DNA of 64,000 nt from a virus. Of this stretch, positions 8,750 to 17,827 are shown piece after piece. A model generated the notes under the pieces. That model was not told the DNA's origin and made no database searches. It worked only from the letters and a program-made list of their open reading frames with translations. A program made the translations under genes and the position numbers. The stretch spans positions 3,172 to 67,171 of IMG/VR virus record IMGVR_UViG_3300036852_000239; one strand, 5' to 3'. Numbering within the stretch: position 1 is the first letter of the stretch; each line of letters opens with the position of its first letter.

Positions 8750-9223
8750 TTACTTCACTCGCCCTCTTGGCACCCAGTTCTCGCTGTAGCCACGCTTGTC
8801 GTGTTCGGGTGCGACGATCGGATCGCCGTACAGGGTCGTGCCGATGCGGGTTCCTGGTGTGAGGAACAGGTTTCCGGTGCTTTGACTGTCGGGGCAGGAC
8901 CAGCAGTTGTCTGCCTTGTGCCGGCCGTGCTCGCATCGGTCCAACGCGGCCAGCACCGGCTCGTACGTCTGGGCTGGCGGTGGGTTGTCCCACGTGACTT
9001 CTGTGTCGGTCTCCTCGTGCGGCCCGTCGTGGCTTGCGGGCAGGTCGCAGGAGACGATGCGCGTGTTCGGCATCGCGTTGGATGACATGGGCATCTGCTG
9101 GCGGCAGGCGCTGGCTGGGCGTGGGATGCCTCCGTGGCAGGGTTCCCCTTCGTGTTCCCACTGGCCGCCTCTGCGGATCAGGGGCTGGTTGCACCACATG
9201 CAGTGGTCGCGCTTGATATCCAT
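8750..9223 (-). CDS. Cys/His-rich hypothetical protein, copy 1
   Basis: CMWC, CDLPASHDGPH, CEHGRH, CWSC; same as 9479-9958 except the N-terminus. Confidence 0.7.
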   Translation of the reverse strand: MDIKRDHCMWCNQPLIRRGGQWEHEGEPCHGGIPRPASACRQQMPMSSNAMPNTRIVSCDLPASHDGPHEETDTEVTWDNPPPAQTYEPVLAALDRCEHGRHKADNCWSCPDSQSTGNLFLTPGTRIGTTLYGDPIVAPEHDKRGYSENWVPRGRVK

Positions 9224-9942
9224 GGTCAGATGCCGTCCTCGGGGCCTTCGTCGTCCAACTCGTTCGCGCCGTCCACGATCTGGTCGAGTGCTTCCTTCGC
9301 GATCCGCCACAGCCGTGCCAGGTCTTCGTCTTCGATCGAGTCGGCGCTCATGTAGTGCTGGATGGCGTAGCCCAAGCCTTCGCTTTCGACGATGTCAGCT
9401 ACTTGCTCGATCGAGTATTTTTCGTCGCTCATCTCAGTTGATCTCCTTCTTGGTGGATGGTGGGTCAGACAGCGGGAGTTACTTCACTCGCCCGCGTGGC
9501 ACCCAGTTCTCGCTGTAGCCACGCTTGTCGTGTTCGGGTGCGACGATCGGATCGCCGTACAGGGTCGTGCCGATGCGGGTTCCTGGTGTGAGGAACAGGT
9601 TTCCGGTGCTTTGACTGTCGGGGCAGGACCAGCAGTTGTCTGCCTTGTGCCGGCCGTGCTCGCATCGGTCCAACGCGGCCAGCACCGGCTCGTACGTCTG
9701 GGCTGGCGGTGGGTTGTCCCACGTGACTTCTGTGTCGGTCTCCTCGTGCGGCCCGTCGTGGCTTGCGGGCAGGTCGCAGGAGACGATGCGCGTGTTCGGC
9801 ATCGCGTTGGATGACATGGGCATCTGCTGGCGGCAGGCGCTGGCTGGGCGTGGGATGCCTCCGTGGCAGGGTTCCCCTTCGTGTTCCCACTGGCCGCCTC
9901 TGCGGATCAGGGGCTGGTTGCACCACATGCAGTGGTCGCGCT
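8768..9942. repeat. Direct duplication with a ~446 bp apparently identical core (8768-9213 = 9497-9942)
   Basis: Matches at offset 729; imperfect extension 8709-8767 versus 9436-9496. Confidence 0.95.
9226..9432 (-). CDS. Hypothetical protein between the duplicated copies
   Basis: MSDEKYSIEQVADIVESEGLGY...; GAAGGAG RBS. Confidence 0.7.
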   Translation of the reverse strand: MSDEKYSIEQVADIVESEGLGYAIQHYMSADSIEDEDLARLWRIAKEALDQIVDGANELDDEGPEDGI

Positions 9943-9958
9943 GAACTTGGGTGGTCAT
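9479..9958 (-). CDS. Cys/His-rich hypothetical protein, copy 2
   Basis: Duplicate of 8750-9223; GAGGAG RBS. Confidence 0.7.
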   Translation of the reverse strand: MTTQVQRDHCMWCNQPLIRRGGQWEHEGEPCHGGIPRPASACRQQMPMSSNAMPNTRIVSCDLPASHDGPHEETDTEVTWDNPPPAQTYEPVLAALDRCEHGRHKADNCWSCPDSQSTGNLFLTPGTRIGTTLYGDPIVAPEHDKRGYSENWVPRGRVK

Positions 9959-9982
9959 ATCGGAATCTCCTCGGTTGGTGAG

Positions 9983-10810
9983 TCAGACGGCGGGGGAAAG
10001 ATCAGCAGCATCGAACAGGGACGGCTGCATCCCAAGAGGACGGTTGGACCACAGGACCTCCGTGCGCGGGTCATATGAGCCGCCCTGGCCGGTCCCGGTG
10101 GCGATCTCGTGGACGTGCCAGCCGCGGTAGATCTCGTCGTAGAGCGGCGAGTGGTAGCCGGACAGGACGACAGCGGACTGGTTCGCACACAGCGCCTCGG
10201 CCAGCTCGCGATGGTCCGCGTCCGAGCCCATCTCGTGCCGGTAGTTGCGGGCCCGGGCCGAGCCGACGTAGGGCGGATCGACGTAGAGCAGGACATCCTC
10301 GTGCGCGCCGTACTTGGCGATGATGTCCAGCGCGGGCAGACACTCCAGGCTCACGTCCATCAGCCGTTCGGCGGCGGGCGGTAGCCGGCGCCGGTAGGCC
10401 TCGAGGTAGCCGCTCATCGGGATGGACGTGCCGTGCGGGTCTACGTAGTGCCGCCAGCCGGTTTTGCGCATCGTGCCCGATCGGCCCTGCGTGAGCATCA
10501 CCCAGACGCGGCGGGCACGCTCGAGCTCGTCGTCGGTGTCGGCGTAGGCCTCGAGGTGCTCGGCGCGGGAGTGCGGTGTCAGCCCCACTTTGTCGGCCAG
10601 TTCGTCGTAGCGGTCCCGGACTACCCGCCAGAACAGCATCAGGTCGCGGTCGATGTCGTTGACGGTCTCCAGCTTCGACGGCTGTTTGGCCAGTAGTACC
10701 GACAGCGACCCGCAGTACGGCTCCACGTAGTGCTGGTGTTCAGGCAAGAGCGCCACGATCCGCTCGGCGATCGTCGCCTTGCTGCCGTAGTAGCCGATCG
10801 GCGGCTTCAT
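9983..10810 (-). CDS. DNA adenine methyltransferase (Dam/D12 class)
   Basis: YYGSK, YVEPYCGSLSV, NDID and catalytic YVDPPY. Confidence 0.93.
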   Translation of the reverse strand: MKPPIGYYGSKATIAERIVALLPEHQHYVEPYCGSLSVLLAKQPSKLETVNDIDRDLMLFWRVVRDRYDELADKVGLTPHSRAEHLEAYADTDDELERARRVWVMLTQGRSGTMRKTGWRHYVDPHGTSIPMSGYLEAYRRRLPPAAERLMDVSLECLPALDIIAKYGAHEDVLLYVDPPYVGSARARNYRHEMGSDADHRELAEALCANQSAVVLSGYHSPLYDEIYRGWHVHEIATGTGQGGSYDPRTEVLWSNRPLGMQPSLFDAADLSPAV

Positions 10811-10921
10811 GCGGTTCTCCTTCCGGCGGACAATGATCTTGCGGGCAGATGCACGGTGGCTCTACAGGGACACGGCCGGACCTGATCAAGAAGTCGCGGC
10901 GAAGCCAGGCATCGCAAACCA

Positions 10922-12508
10922 TCACGGCGCGGCCTCCCTCTTCTCCGGTGGCGACCAGGCGACCCACGGCAGATGACCGACGGGTCCGTACTGCAGGTTC
11001 TTGGGCCAGTCCCGGTCGTCACGCGGGCCGCGCCAGGCGATGACATCGATCTCGCGGCACCGTCCACGGTCATCCGGCTGCGCGAGAGCGTTCTGGGCAA
11101 GGCCGTAGCCGAACTCGGGCCAGCGCAGCAGCAGCGATGACCCGATAGGCCGGACCGAGCGGGACTTACCCGCCTCGCCGTGACCCGCGTGGGCCTCGGT
11201 CAGCAGCGCGGCGCCGGAGATGCTGCGCGCGTGGTCAAGCACGGCGGCAACCCGGCGGGCGTTCTCTTCCTTGTTGATGTCTCCGGAGTGCAGTTTGTAG
11301 AACGGGCCGATCACCAGGAGATCCGGCTTGTATCCGGTGACCTGCTCGATCAGCCAGTCCGCGTCGTCGGTGTCCAAGTCGATCCCGTTGGGGCGATGTA
11401 CGACAAACATCATGTTGTTGGCCGGAGCCCGGTTGTAGTTCTTCATCACCGTGGCGATCGGCCGCATCTTGCGCCTGCCCTGGGTTTCGGAGTTCTCGCA
11501 GTCGATGAACAGCACTCGCTTCGGTTCGAAGTTGGAGTGCTTGCCCGGGTCGAACGGGTGCAGGCCTGCCGCAGCGCACAGCGCGAGCTGCCGCACGAGC
11601 ATCGACTTGCCCAAGCCCTCGAACCCCGTCAGCAGTAGCCGATCATTGCGCTCCAGCAGTTCGGGAAGCACCCATTCGGGCGGCGCGTCGGAAGCATCTA
11701 GGAACGCCCACAGCTCAACTGCAGCGAGCGGCTTGGCCAGCCCCTGCGCCGTCCAGGTGGTGATCAGGTCGTCGAGCGTCAGGCCTGCATTGAAGTGGTC
11801 CGTTACGTCCTTCACCTTCTCGTCGCCCGCAGCCTCCTTGACGGTGACGTCTGCGGCGACGCCCTGTAGCGCTTCACGAACCAGGCGAGCGTGGGCCTGG
11901 CCGGGCTTGTCCTTGTCCGCGACAATGACGACCACCGCATCCCGCAGGCACTCGGTGTACTCCGGCTTCCACTTGCCGGCGCCGCCCGGGTTGCAGGTAC
12001 CGACCAGGCCCTGGTTTTCCAGGCTGTGGACGTCCTTCTCGCCCTCGACGAGATAGATTTCCCGGTTTTCCTCAACCGCCTTGAGAACCTTCTGCAGCCG
12101 GTAGAGCACGCGCCTCGTATCGCCTAGCTTCCAGGTGTAGCCGTCGCGGCTGGACGGGTCGGGCTTGCGCTGCAGGAACTTCTTGTCCGCTGTGCGGCAC
12201 ACCTGGAACAGCAGTTCGCCCTGCTCGTCGCGATAGTCGTAGATCGCGGCGAATCCGCGGTCGGTCTGTTGTCGCTCGCGCGGTGCGGACAGCACAGCCC
12301 AGTCCAGGCCGAGCGCCTTGCATACCGCTTCCGCGTCGCATCCGGCATGGCAGTGGAACACCACCGGGTGGTTGCGGCCCTCGCCCACGGACAGGCTGTT
12401 CTGCCGGTCCTCGTGGACGGGGCAGCGGGCCATCCACCCGGAACCCGAGCGGCGTAGCGGGCCGAGTTTGCTCAACTCGGGCAACACCAGATCGCGAAGG
12501 ACGTCCAT
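10922..12508 (-). CDS. Primase-helicase (Zn finger, TOPRIM and RepA/AAA_25 helicase)
   Basis: CPVH...CHAGC; VEGEKD and ADKD TOPRIM motifs; Walker A GFEGLGKS; Walker B-like FIDCE. Confidence 0.9.
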   Translation of the reverse strand: MDVLRDLVLPELSKLGPLRRSGSGWMARCPVHEDRQNSLSVGEGRNHPVVFHCHAGCDAEAVCKALGLDWAVLSAPRERQQTDRGFAAIYDYRDEQGELLFQVCRTADKKFLQRKPDPSSRDGYTWKLGDTRRVLYRLQKVLKAVEENREIYLVEGEKDVHSLENQGLVGTCNPGGAGKWKPEYTECLRDAVVVIVADKDKPGQAHARLVREALQGVAADVTVKEAAGDEKVKDVTDHFNAGLTLDDLITTWTAQGLAKPLAAVELWAFLDASDAPPEWVLPELLERNDRLLLTGFEGLGKSMLVRQLALCAAAGLHPFDPGKHSNFEPKRVLFIDCENSETQGRRKMRPIATVMKNYNRAPANNMMFVVHRPNGIDLDTDDADWLIEQVTGYKPDLLVIGPFYKLHSGDINKEENARRVAAVLDHARSISGAALLTEAHAGHGEAGKSRSVRPIGSSLLLRWPEFGYGLAQNALAQPDDRGRCREIDVIAWRGPRDDRDWPKNLQYGPVGHLPWVAWSPPEKREAAP

Positions 12509-13281
12509 CAAGCCTCCCAGGCGAACTTGGCTCGCTCGGGCGGCATAAGCGGCTCGGGCTCCTCCCACGGCCTGGCGTGCAGCCAGGTCACGGCCTGCTT
12601 GGTGTACTGCGGATTCTCACCCACCCGGTCTTTGGCGTAGGCCTGCAACGCGGTCAGGATCTCGGCAGGGTCGACGCCTCGCTTGAGTGCGGCTTCGTAG
12701 GCGATGCGCGCCTTGTGCTTCGAGTTGTTTTTGCGTGGCGGGTAAGTCCTCCAGAACTCGTCAAACCTCTCGTCCGTGTCGGACGAGAGAGAGTTCGAAG
12801 AACTCTCTTTATGGTCGGGTCGGGTCGGGGCGCTGTTACTGCGCCCGTTACTAATGCCGTTACTGCGTCCGTTATTTGCGCCATGTAACGCGTTACGTTC
12901 CACCTCGGCCTGACGCTCGCGCCACCTCGCCTGCCTTTCGGCATTGGCGGCGCGCTCGGCGACCACCTTCGACTTGCTCGGCTGGTACTCCCAATAGTCG
13001 TGGATCACCCAGCCGTTCGGGCCCGATGGAGGACAGTCTTCGCTGTCGCATTGGAACCCTGCTTCGTGCCAGAGGCCCCGGCGAACGAGTTCGGTGCCGA
13101 AGCGTGCCGGCGCTCGCACCCGTGCTGTCACGAGCTCGAGGTCTTCCTCGGGCACGACCCCGTCCGTGAGGTTGCGTGCGCACCAGAAGATCGCTGAGAC
13201 GTGAAGACGGAATGCCGTGTCCGACAGGCCATCCACCTTCCTGTTGACCGGGAAATGGTCATCGAAGCGAACCCAGGGCAT
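12508..13281 (-). CDS. Replication initiator-like protein
   Basis: MPWVRFDD...NLTDG, IHDYWEYQ, ERQARWR and C-terminal FDEFWRTYP...KARIAY...TWL pattern; directly upstream of the primase. Confidence 0.8.
   Translation of the reverse strand: MPWVRFDDHFPVNRKVDGLSDTAFRLHVSAIFWCARNLTDGVVPEEDLELVTARVRAPARFGTELVRRGLWHEAGFQCDSEDCPPSGPNGWVIHDYWEYQPSKSKVVAERAANAERQARWRERQAEVERNALHGANNGRSNGISNGRSNSAPTRPDHKESSSNSLSSDTDERFDEFWRTYPPRKNNSKHKARIAYEAALKRGVDPAEILTALQAYAKDRVGENPQYTKQAVTWLHARPWEEPEPLMPPERAKFAWEA
12833..12896. repeat. Iteron-like 12-bp repeats inside the initiator gene (putative ori)
   Basis: CTGTTACTGCGC / CCGTTACTAATG / CCGTTACTGCGT / CCGTTATTTGCG, then palindrome GTAACGCGTTAC. Confidence 0.65.
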
Positions 13282-13823
13282 CAGGCGCCTCCCCGGTGGG
13301 GGCGAGGCGCGCGGATGAAGGGGAGCTGGCCCGGCCACCAAAGGTTGCCGCCAGCGTCGTTGAAGATCTTCTTGCCTTGCATGTGGCAGAACCGGCACTG
13401 CCAAGTGCCGGCGTAGTCCAGGAACGAGTACCGGTCGCAGTTGGCGCAGACCAGCATGACGATGTCCTGGGCGTAGGTGGTGCCCTCCCACACGCACATG
13501 CCGCCGCGCGACGGGCGCCCGATGACGACCAGCTGCTGTTCGAAGTCCCATTTGTGGGCGTCGACCTGGAGCAGTGCCTTCTGGAACTCGAGCGCCTTGT
13601 CGATGTTGTCGTCGCCTGGCCCTTTGACCTCAAGCCAGACGTGCTGCATAGGGAGGTGGAAATCGGGAAGGTACTTGATCCCGTCGTGGATGTTCACCGC
13701 ATTGGGCTCGTACTCCCAACTGATCTGGTAGTGGTCCAGTGTGGCGCACCAGTCGGCCTCCAGGCGGGATCGCATGTGCTCTCCGCCGTACCAGGTGGGC
13801 ACTGCCTCGATCGCCACGGTCAC
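13281..13823 (-). CDS. PD-(D/E)XK nuclease-fold protein
   Basis: RSRLEADW, WEYEP, YLPDF...WLEVKG. Confidence 0.75.
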   Translation of the reverse strand: MTVAIEAVPTWYGGEHMRSRLEADWCATLDHYQISWEYEPNAVNIHDGIKYLPDFHLPMQHVWLEVKGPGDDNIDKALEFQKALLQVDAHKWDFEQQLVVIGRPSRGGMCVWEGTTYAQDIVMLVCANCDRYSFLDYAGTWQCRFCHMQGKKIFNDAGGNLWWPGQLPFIRAPRPHRGGA

Positions 13824-13865
13824 CTTCCCGATAAGAGGTATTTCTCTGTCGTTCGTACGTGCTAG

Positions 13866-13980
13866 GTGGATATCCAGATCATACGCGAGTGGATATCCAC
13901 AAGACCGTGCACAAGGTCAGCTATTCTTGTCCACAGGGCTGACCTCGTATATCCACAGGTTGTCCACATGGATGTCCACA
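13866..13980. promoter_or_regulatory. Cluster of DnaA-box-like 9-mers in a divergent intergenic region
   Basis: TTGTCCACA at 13927 and 13960; ATATCCACA at 13893 and 13949; ATGTCCACA at 13972; palindrome GTGGATATCCAC at 13889-13900. Confidence 0.65.
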
Positions 13981-13995
13981 GGTACTCTGTGAGCT

Positions 13996-14178
13996 GTGGC
14001 CAAGCAGGACGCGACTACGCACACCCCGCATCGGCCTATTCGCGTACCCCAAGCACGCTGGGACGCATTCGGCGCGCTCGTTGGAATCCGCGACCGGGCA
14101 CGTGTCGTGAACGAATTCATCGCGTGGTACATCCGGGAGCCCGGCGCCAAATTGCCGAAGCGTCCCGACACCGCCTAG
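13996..14178 (+). CDS. Ribbon-helix-helix-like DNA-binding protein
   Basis: RPIRVPQARWDAF...RARVVNEFIAWY; lone plus-strand gene in this region. Confidence 0.7.
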   Translation: MAKQDATTHTPHRPIRVPQARWDAFGALVGIRDRARVVNEFIAWYIREPGAKLPKRPDTA

Positions 14179-14219
14179 CCGCCCCGTAGGCGCCGGCCCA
14201 CCCAAGATCAAGAGACTGG

Positions 14220-14435
14220 TCAAGACTGACCACCCGCCGCCTCGCACCGCTCACACCGATCACCACGGATGACCGCCAGCAAGTCCTCGTCCGTGGCCAC
14301 GCGCGTGCGCAGCGACCAGTTCCCGGCCGCCTGCATCCGGGCGATGAACGGCTCCCACACTCGGCGATCGGCGTGGACACCGAGGACATGCGCGCAGTGG
14401 CGGTTGTAGACGGCGTACAGGGCGTGACCGCTCAT
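14220..14435 (-). CDS. Hypothetical protein
   Basis: MSGHALYAVY...CERC. Confidence 0.5.
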   Translation of the reverse strand: MSGHALYAVYNRHCAHVLGVHADRRVWEPFIARMQAAGNWSLRTRVATDEDLLAVIRGDRCERCEAAGGQS

Positions 14436-14686
14436 GCGCACTCACGCTCGATCCGGTCGTGGAAACGCTCGCCCTCGCTGGCGGATTCCTGCCACACCAC
14501 TGGCCGCAGCTGCGGATCGGTCACCTCACCGCACCGCGAGCAGACCCCGACGATCGTGGTAGCGATCCCGTAGTACTCGCCAGGATCAATACGATCCGTT
14601 GAGCGGATGGAATCCCGGCCGATCCACCTGGAGCACAGCGGGCAGCACCAGCGCCAGACTTCAAGCTCGGGAAGGATCACGGTCAC
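14432..14686 (-). CDS. Zn-ribbon hypothetical protein
   Basis: CPLC...CSRC. Confidence 0.5.
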   Translation of the reverse strand: MTVILPELEVWRWCCPLCSRWIGRDSIRSTDRIDPGEYYGIATTIVGVCSRCGEVTDPQLRPVVWQESASEGERFHDRIERECA

Positions 14687-14925
14687 GACTGGGCCGCGCT
14701 TTCCCGTACGGCCGGCTCCAGTGCGGCGACTACCGCCTCGGCGAGGGCTTCGGCCCACTCGTCGCTCTGTGCGTTGTCCACCTCGTCCAGTCCGTAGTTC
14801 CACCAGGGGAACTCGACGATCGCTTCCTTGACGGCGGCGATCCGCGCATCAGTGCTCATTGATCTCTCCTTGGTCTTGGGGTTGCCCGTGCCGGAGGGTG
14901 GCCGACACGGGCAGAAGGGGATGGG

Positions 14926-15174
14926 TCAGTTGTCTTTGACCTTCACGCGCATGCCGCCGTGGATACTCCCGGCCAGCGCCGAAATGCCCAGGATGACCAG
15001 AACGGTGGCCCAGTAGCCCAAGGCCGGAATCTGCGGCCAGTACTTGTTGGCCACACCCAAGCCGAGCATCACGAACCATGCGTTCAGAAAGCTCACGACG
15101 ACCTGCACGAGGAAGCCGAACAGGCCGACGAGATACTTCTCCAGCCGCTTCTCGGTATCCGACCTATACGTCAC
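14926..15174 (-). CDS. Small membrane protein
   Basis: Two hydrophobic segments; GTG start with GGAG RBS. Confidence 0.6.
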   Translation of the reverse strand: MTYRSDTEKRLEKYLVGLFGFLVQVVVSFLNAWFVMLGLGVANKYWPQIPALGYWATVLVILGISALAGSIHGGMRVKVKDN

Positions 15175-15256
15175 TTGATCTCCATTTCGGGGTTGGTTCG
15201 GCTCGCCACAGAGGGCGAGACGTCGGTTGAATGCGCACAGACAAGCGCCCGGATCA

Positions 15257-16069
15257 TCAGGAGGACACCTCAATCAGGGAGCGGTGGTGCGCGAGGATCA
15301 GCCGGCCGATGTGCTCCGCCGCCGGCGGGATGACCGCGTTTCCGAGTGCCCGGATACGGTCCAGTTGCTCGGGAATCCCATGAGCCAGTCGAGCCACTCG
15401 GGGTTCACAAGCCAGCCACTCACCCGCTGCCCGCCTGCGCTGATGTGCTGCCAGGCCAGAAAGTCCTCCAGTTGATAGCGGTGTTTCCCACTCTCCGCCC
15501 TTGCCCAGCAGATCCCGTGCTCGCCCATCGACGCCCGTGGGGTAGGCCACGAGGTAGAGCCGTTCACGCGGATGCGGTGCACCGAACGCGGACGCTCGTA
15601 GCAGGCTCCATTCCGCATCGAACCCGAGCGAGGCCAGGTCGGCGAGGACGGCCCCGAAGGCATCTCCATCGGCAAGGAGTCCGGGTACGTTTTCGACCAG
15701 GACATATCGGGGTTCAACCGTGCGAATGACGTCGCGCATCCACGGCCAGCCCCAGCGGGGATCTCCCATTCCGAGTTGCTTTCCACCGAAGCTGAACGGC
15801 TGGCAGGGGAATCCGCCAGCGACCAGGTCAACGGGAGCTCCTCCTCTTGCCAGCCACCAGGCAGCAGCAGTTCGGACGTCGTCATGCTTCGGCACCTCCG
15901 GCCAGTGGCACGCGAGAACCTCGCGGCAGTACGGGTTGATTTCGACCTGACCCACGCACCGCCAACCGGCCCAGTCCAGGCCGAGGTCGAGCCCGCCGAT
16001 GCCGCTGAACAGAGACAAAAACGTCGGGTTGTCCACAGGGTTGCCCACAGGAAGGCTCACGCCGCCCAC
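15257..16069 (-). CDS. C5-cytosine DNA methyltransferase (alpha-type subunit, lacks motif IX)
   Basis: Motifs I FSGIGG, IV GFPCQPFS, VI ENV, VIII RERLY and X ALGNAV. Confidence 0.92.
   Translation of the reverse strand: MGGVSLPVGNPVDNPTFLSLFSGIGGLDLGLDWAGWRCVGQVEINPYCREVLACHWPEVPKHDDVRTAAAWWLARGGAPVDLVAGGFPCQPFSFGGKQLGMGDPRWGWPWMRDVIRTVEPRYVLVENVPGLLADGDAFGAVLADLASLGFDAEWSLLRASAFGAPHPRERLYLVAYPTGVDGRARDLLGKGGEWETPLSTGGLSGLAAHQRRRAAGEWLACEPRVARLAHGIPEQLDRIRALGNAVIPPAAEHIGRLILAHHRSLIEVSS
15298..15885 (-). CDS. Nested alternative-frame MTase beta-like subunit (start uncertain)
   Basis: WPRSGSMRNG, WPTPRAS and VNPEWLDWLMGFPSNWT (motif IX-like); open for 195 codons inside the MTase gene. Confidence 0.65.
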   Translation of the reverse strand: MTTSELLLPGGWQEEELPLTWSLADSPASRSASVESNSEWEIPAGAGRGCATSFARLNPDMSWSKTYPDSLPMEMPSGPSSPTWPRSGSMRNGACYERPRSVHRIRVNGSTSWPTPRASMGEHGICWARAESGKHRYQLEDFLAWQHISAGGQRVSGWLVNPEWLDWLMGFPSNWTVSGHSETRSSRRRRSTSAG

Positions 16070-16555
16070 CTCTCCCGCGCCAGCTCGGCACCGGAAGGGA
16101 ACCGCTCACCGGACAGATCGGGGCCGGGCTCCTGACCACCGCCTTCACACCAGTCCGGGCCGTTGGCCACACCGGCAGCGGTCATGATCCGTTCACGGTG
16201 GCGGGACAACACACCCTTTCCGTTGATCGAAACATCCTCACCGCCACATATATGGCAGGTGACCTTGTAGTGGTAGGCGGTCATCGGCCCTGCACCACCC
16301 GCATCGGCAAGCGCCCGTATCCCCGGCACCATCCGCTGTCGTGGGAGCCGCGCGAATGCAGACCCATCCCGCCGTCCAGGAGCACCGTTTCGCGGTTACC
16401 ACACACCGGGCACAGACCTTTAGGCAACGGCCGTCCCGGAGCGGTGACGGGCTTCTCGCGCCGTGCCCTCGGTGAAGGCCTCGACGTGTCGTAGGTGTGG
16501 CCGAACGTGTCCAGGTAGCGGATCGCCTTCTCCGTCAAGGCGTAGGCGCGAGGTC

Positions 16556-16996
16556 TCACGATGCCACCGCCTTCGGTGTCGACCAGATCAGCAGTACCAA
16601 CGCCTCCCGGTTCCACGCCACGGCAGGACCCAGCCGCATGTCCGGTCCGATGACCCATTGCGAAGAGTCGTCAGGCCACACACCCACATCCACCAGGCCG
16701 TCTATTGCGGCACAGGCGGTCAGGTTGAAGTTGGCCGGATCGACGCGACCCCGGATCTCGTCACGGACATGCAGCTCGGCCACGACCAGCGACGGGCCGA
16801 GGGCCGACAACTTCGACGCCTTCGCGGCCCAGCCGGCAGCCTGGCGCCACACCTCGGTCTGCTTGGCGTCCACGGACCAATGCGTCCTGCGCCGGTTGTT
16901 TTTGTTCATCCACTTCTCCGGGCACGGAATCGACAGCATGTGATCCGGTGCCGGGGTGTAGGTACGCGACAGGATGTCGAAGGTGACCACGCTCAT
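16556..16996 (-). CDS. RusA-like Holliday junction resolvase
   Basis: RVDPANF...AIDGLVDVGVWPDDS acidic pattern. Confidence 0.7.
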   Translation of the reverse strand: MSVVTFDILSRTYTPAPDHMLSIPCPEKWMNKNNRRRTHWSVDAKQTEVWRQAAGWAAKASKLSALGPSLVVAELHVRDEIRGRVDPANFNLTACAAIDGLVDVGVWPDDSSQWVIGPDMRLGPAVAWNREALVLLIWSTPKAVAS

Positions 16997-17099
16997 CGGC
17001 GGCCGAACCTTTCCCGCCGCATGCGCAGGCGCCTAGCCCATGGCCGCTCCATCGCGAGCAAGTGGAGGACCTTGGCACGCATCAACTGCCGGTAGGTGA

Positions 17100-17462
17100 T
17101 CATTGGCGCACCGCCTCAACCGCGACAACCGGCAACGGAACCTTCGCCACCCACCAATGCATCGGCAACACACCTGGGCAGTCCTCCACTACCCGGCGTG
17201 CAGCACGAGGCAGATCACGGGCGTACACCGGCCAGCGGATCGCCTCGTCCTCCACGACCGACGTAGTCACCCGGAACTGGGTCCGATCACAGGTCAAAGC
17301 GAAGGAGGTCAGACCCAGGCCGAGCCGGTCCGGCAGCTCCAAATCGGTCAGCCAGATCAGCAACGGCTTATGCGGGAACTGCACCTGGATGTACGGGACC
17401 AACTGCTGTGCCTTGCGGATCTGACCCACCCGGTGATCACAGGTGTAGTGGAACAGCTTCAT
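17100..17462 (-). CDS. Hypothetical protein
   Basis: MKLFHYT...IWLTD; coupled ORF. Confidence 0.6.
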   Translation of the reverse strand: MKLFHYTCDHRVGQIRKAQQLVPYIQVQFPHKPLLIWLTDLELPDRLGLGLTSFALTCDRTQFRVTTSVVEDEAIRWPVYARDLPRAARRVVEDCPGVLPMHWWVAKVPLPVVAVEAVRQ

Positions 17463-17827
17463 GCGCTCACCGCCTCACGCTGCGGCACCGGCTCGACAAC
17501 CTGGTCCACGAACACGGCCAAGATGTCGACCTGACCGTCCAACTCGGCCACAGGCGCCGGCCACGGCTCAGGGTCTCCGTCGCCGCCCTTGTCGTCGGGC
17601 TCGAACTCGGAGCAGTGGTAGCGGTTCTCCAGCCCGCCCGGCTCGACCTCAGTCCACTCCTTCGGCGTCACGCCAAGGAATGCCGCCATAATCAGCGGAC
17701 AGTCGCTGTCACGGTCCTTCCTGCACGGCGCCTCACACCAGCGGCCCATCCAGATCTCACCCTCGAAGCCGTTGGAGAACGCAGGCTCGTCCTGGGCTTC
17801 GGCCATGATCTCGTCGAAGCTACGCAT
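17459..17827 (-). CDS. Hypothetical protein
   Basis: FSNGFEG..W...WC..C motif. Confidence 0.6.
   Translation of the reverse strand: MRSFDEIMAEAQDEPAFSNGFEGEIWMGRWCEAPCRKDRDSDCPLIMAAFLGVTPKEWTEVEPGGLENRYHCSEFEPDDKGGDGDPEPWPAPVAELDGQVDILAVFVDQVVEPVPQREAVSA

Noticed and set aside
8768-9942. Diversity-generating retroelement TR/VR pair
   Set aside because: The core appears identical, with no adenine-specific mismatches, and no reverse transcriptase is seen in the window
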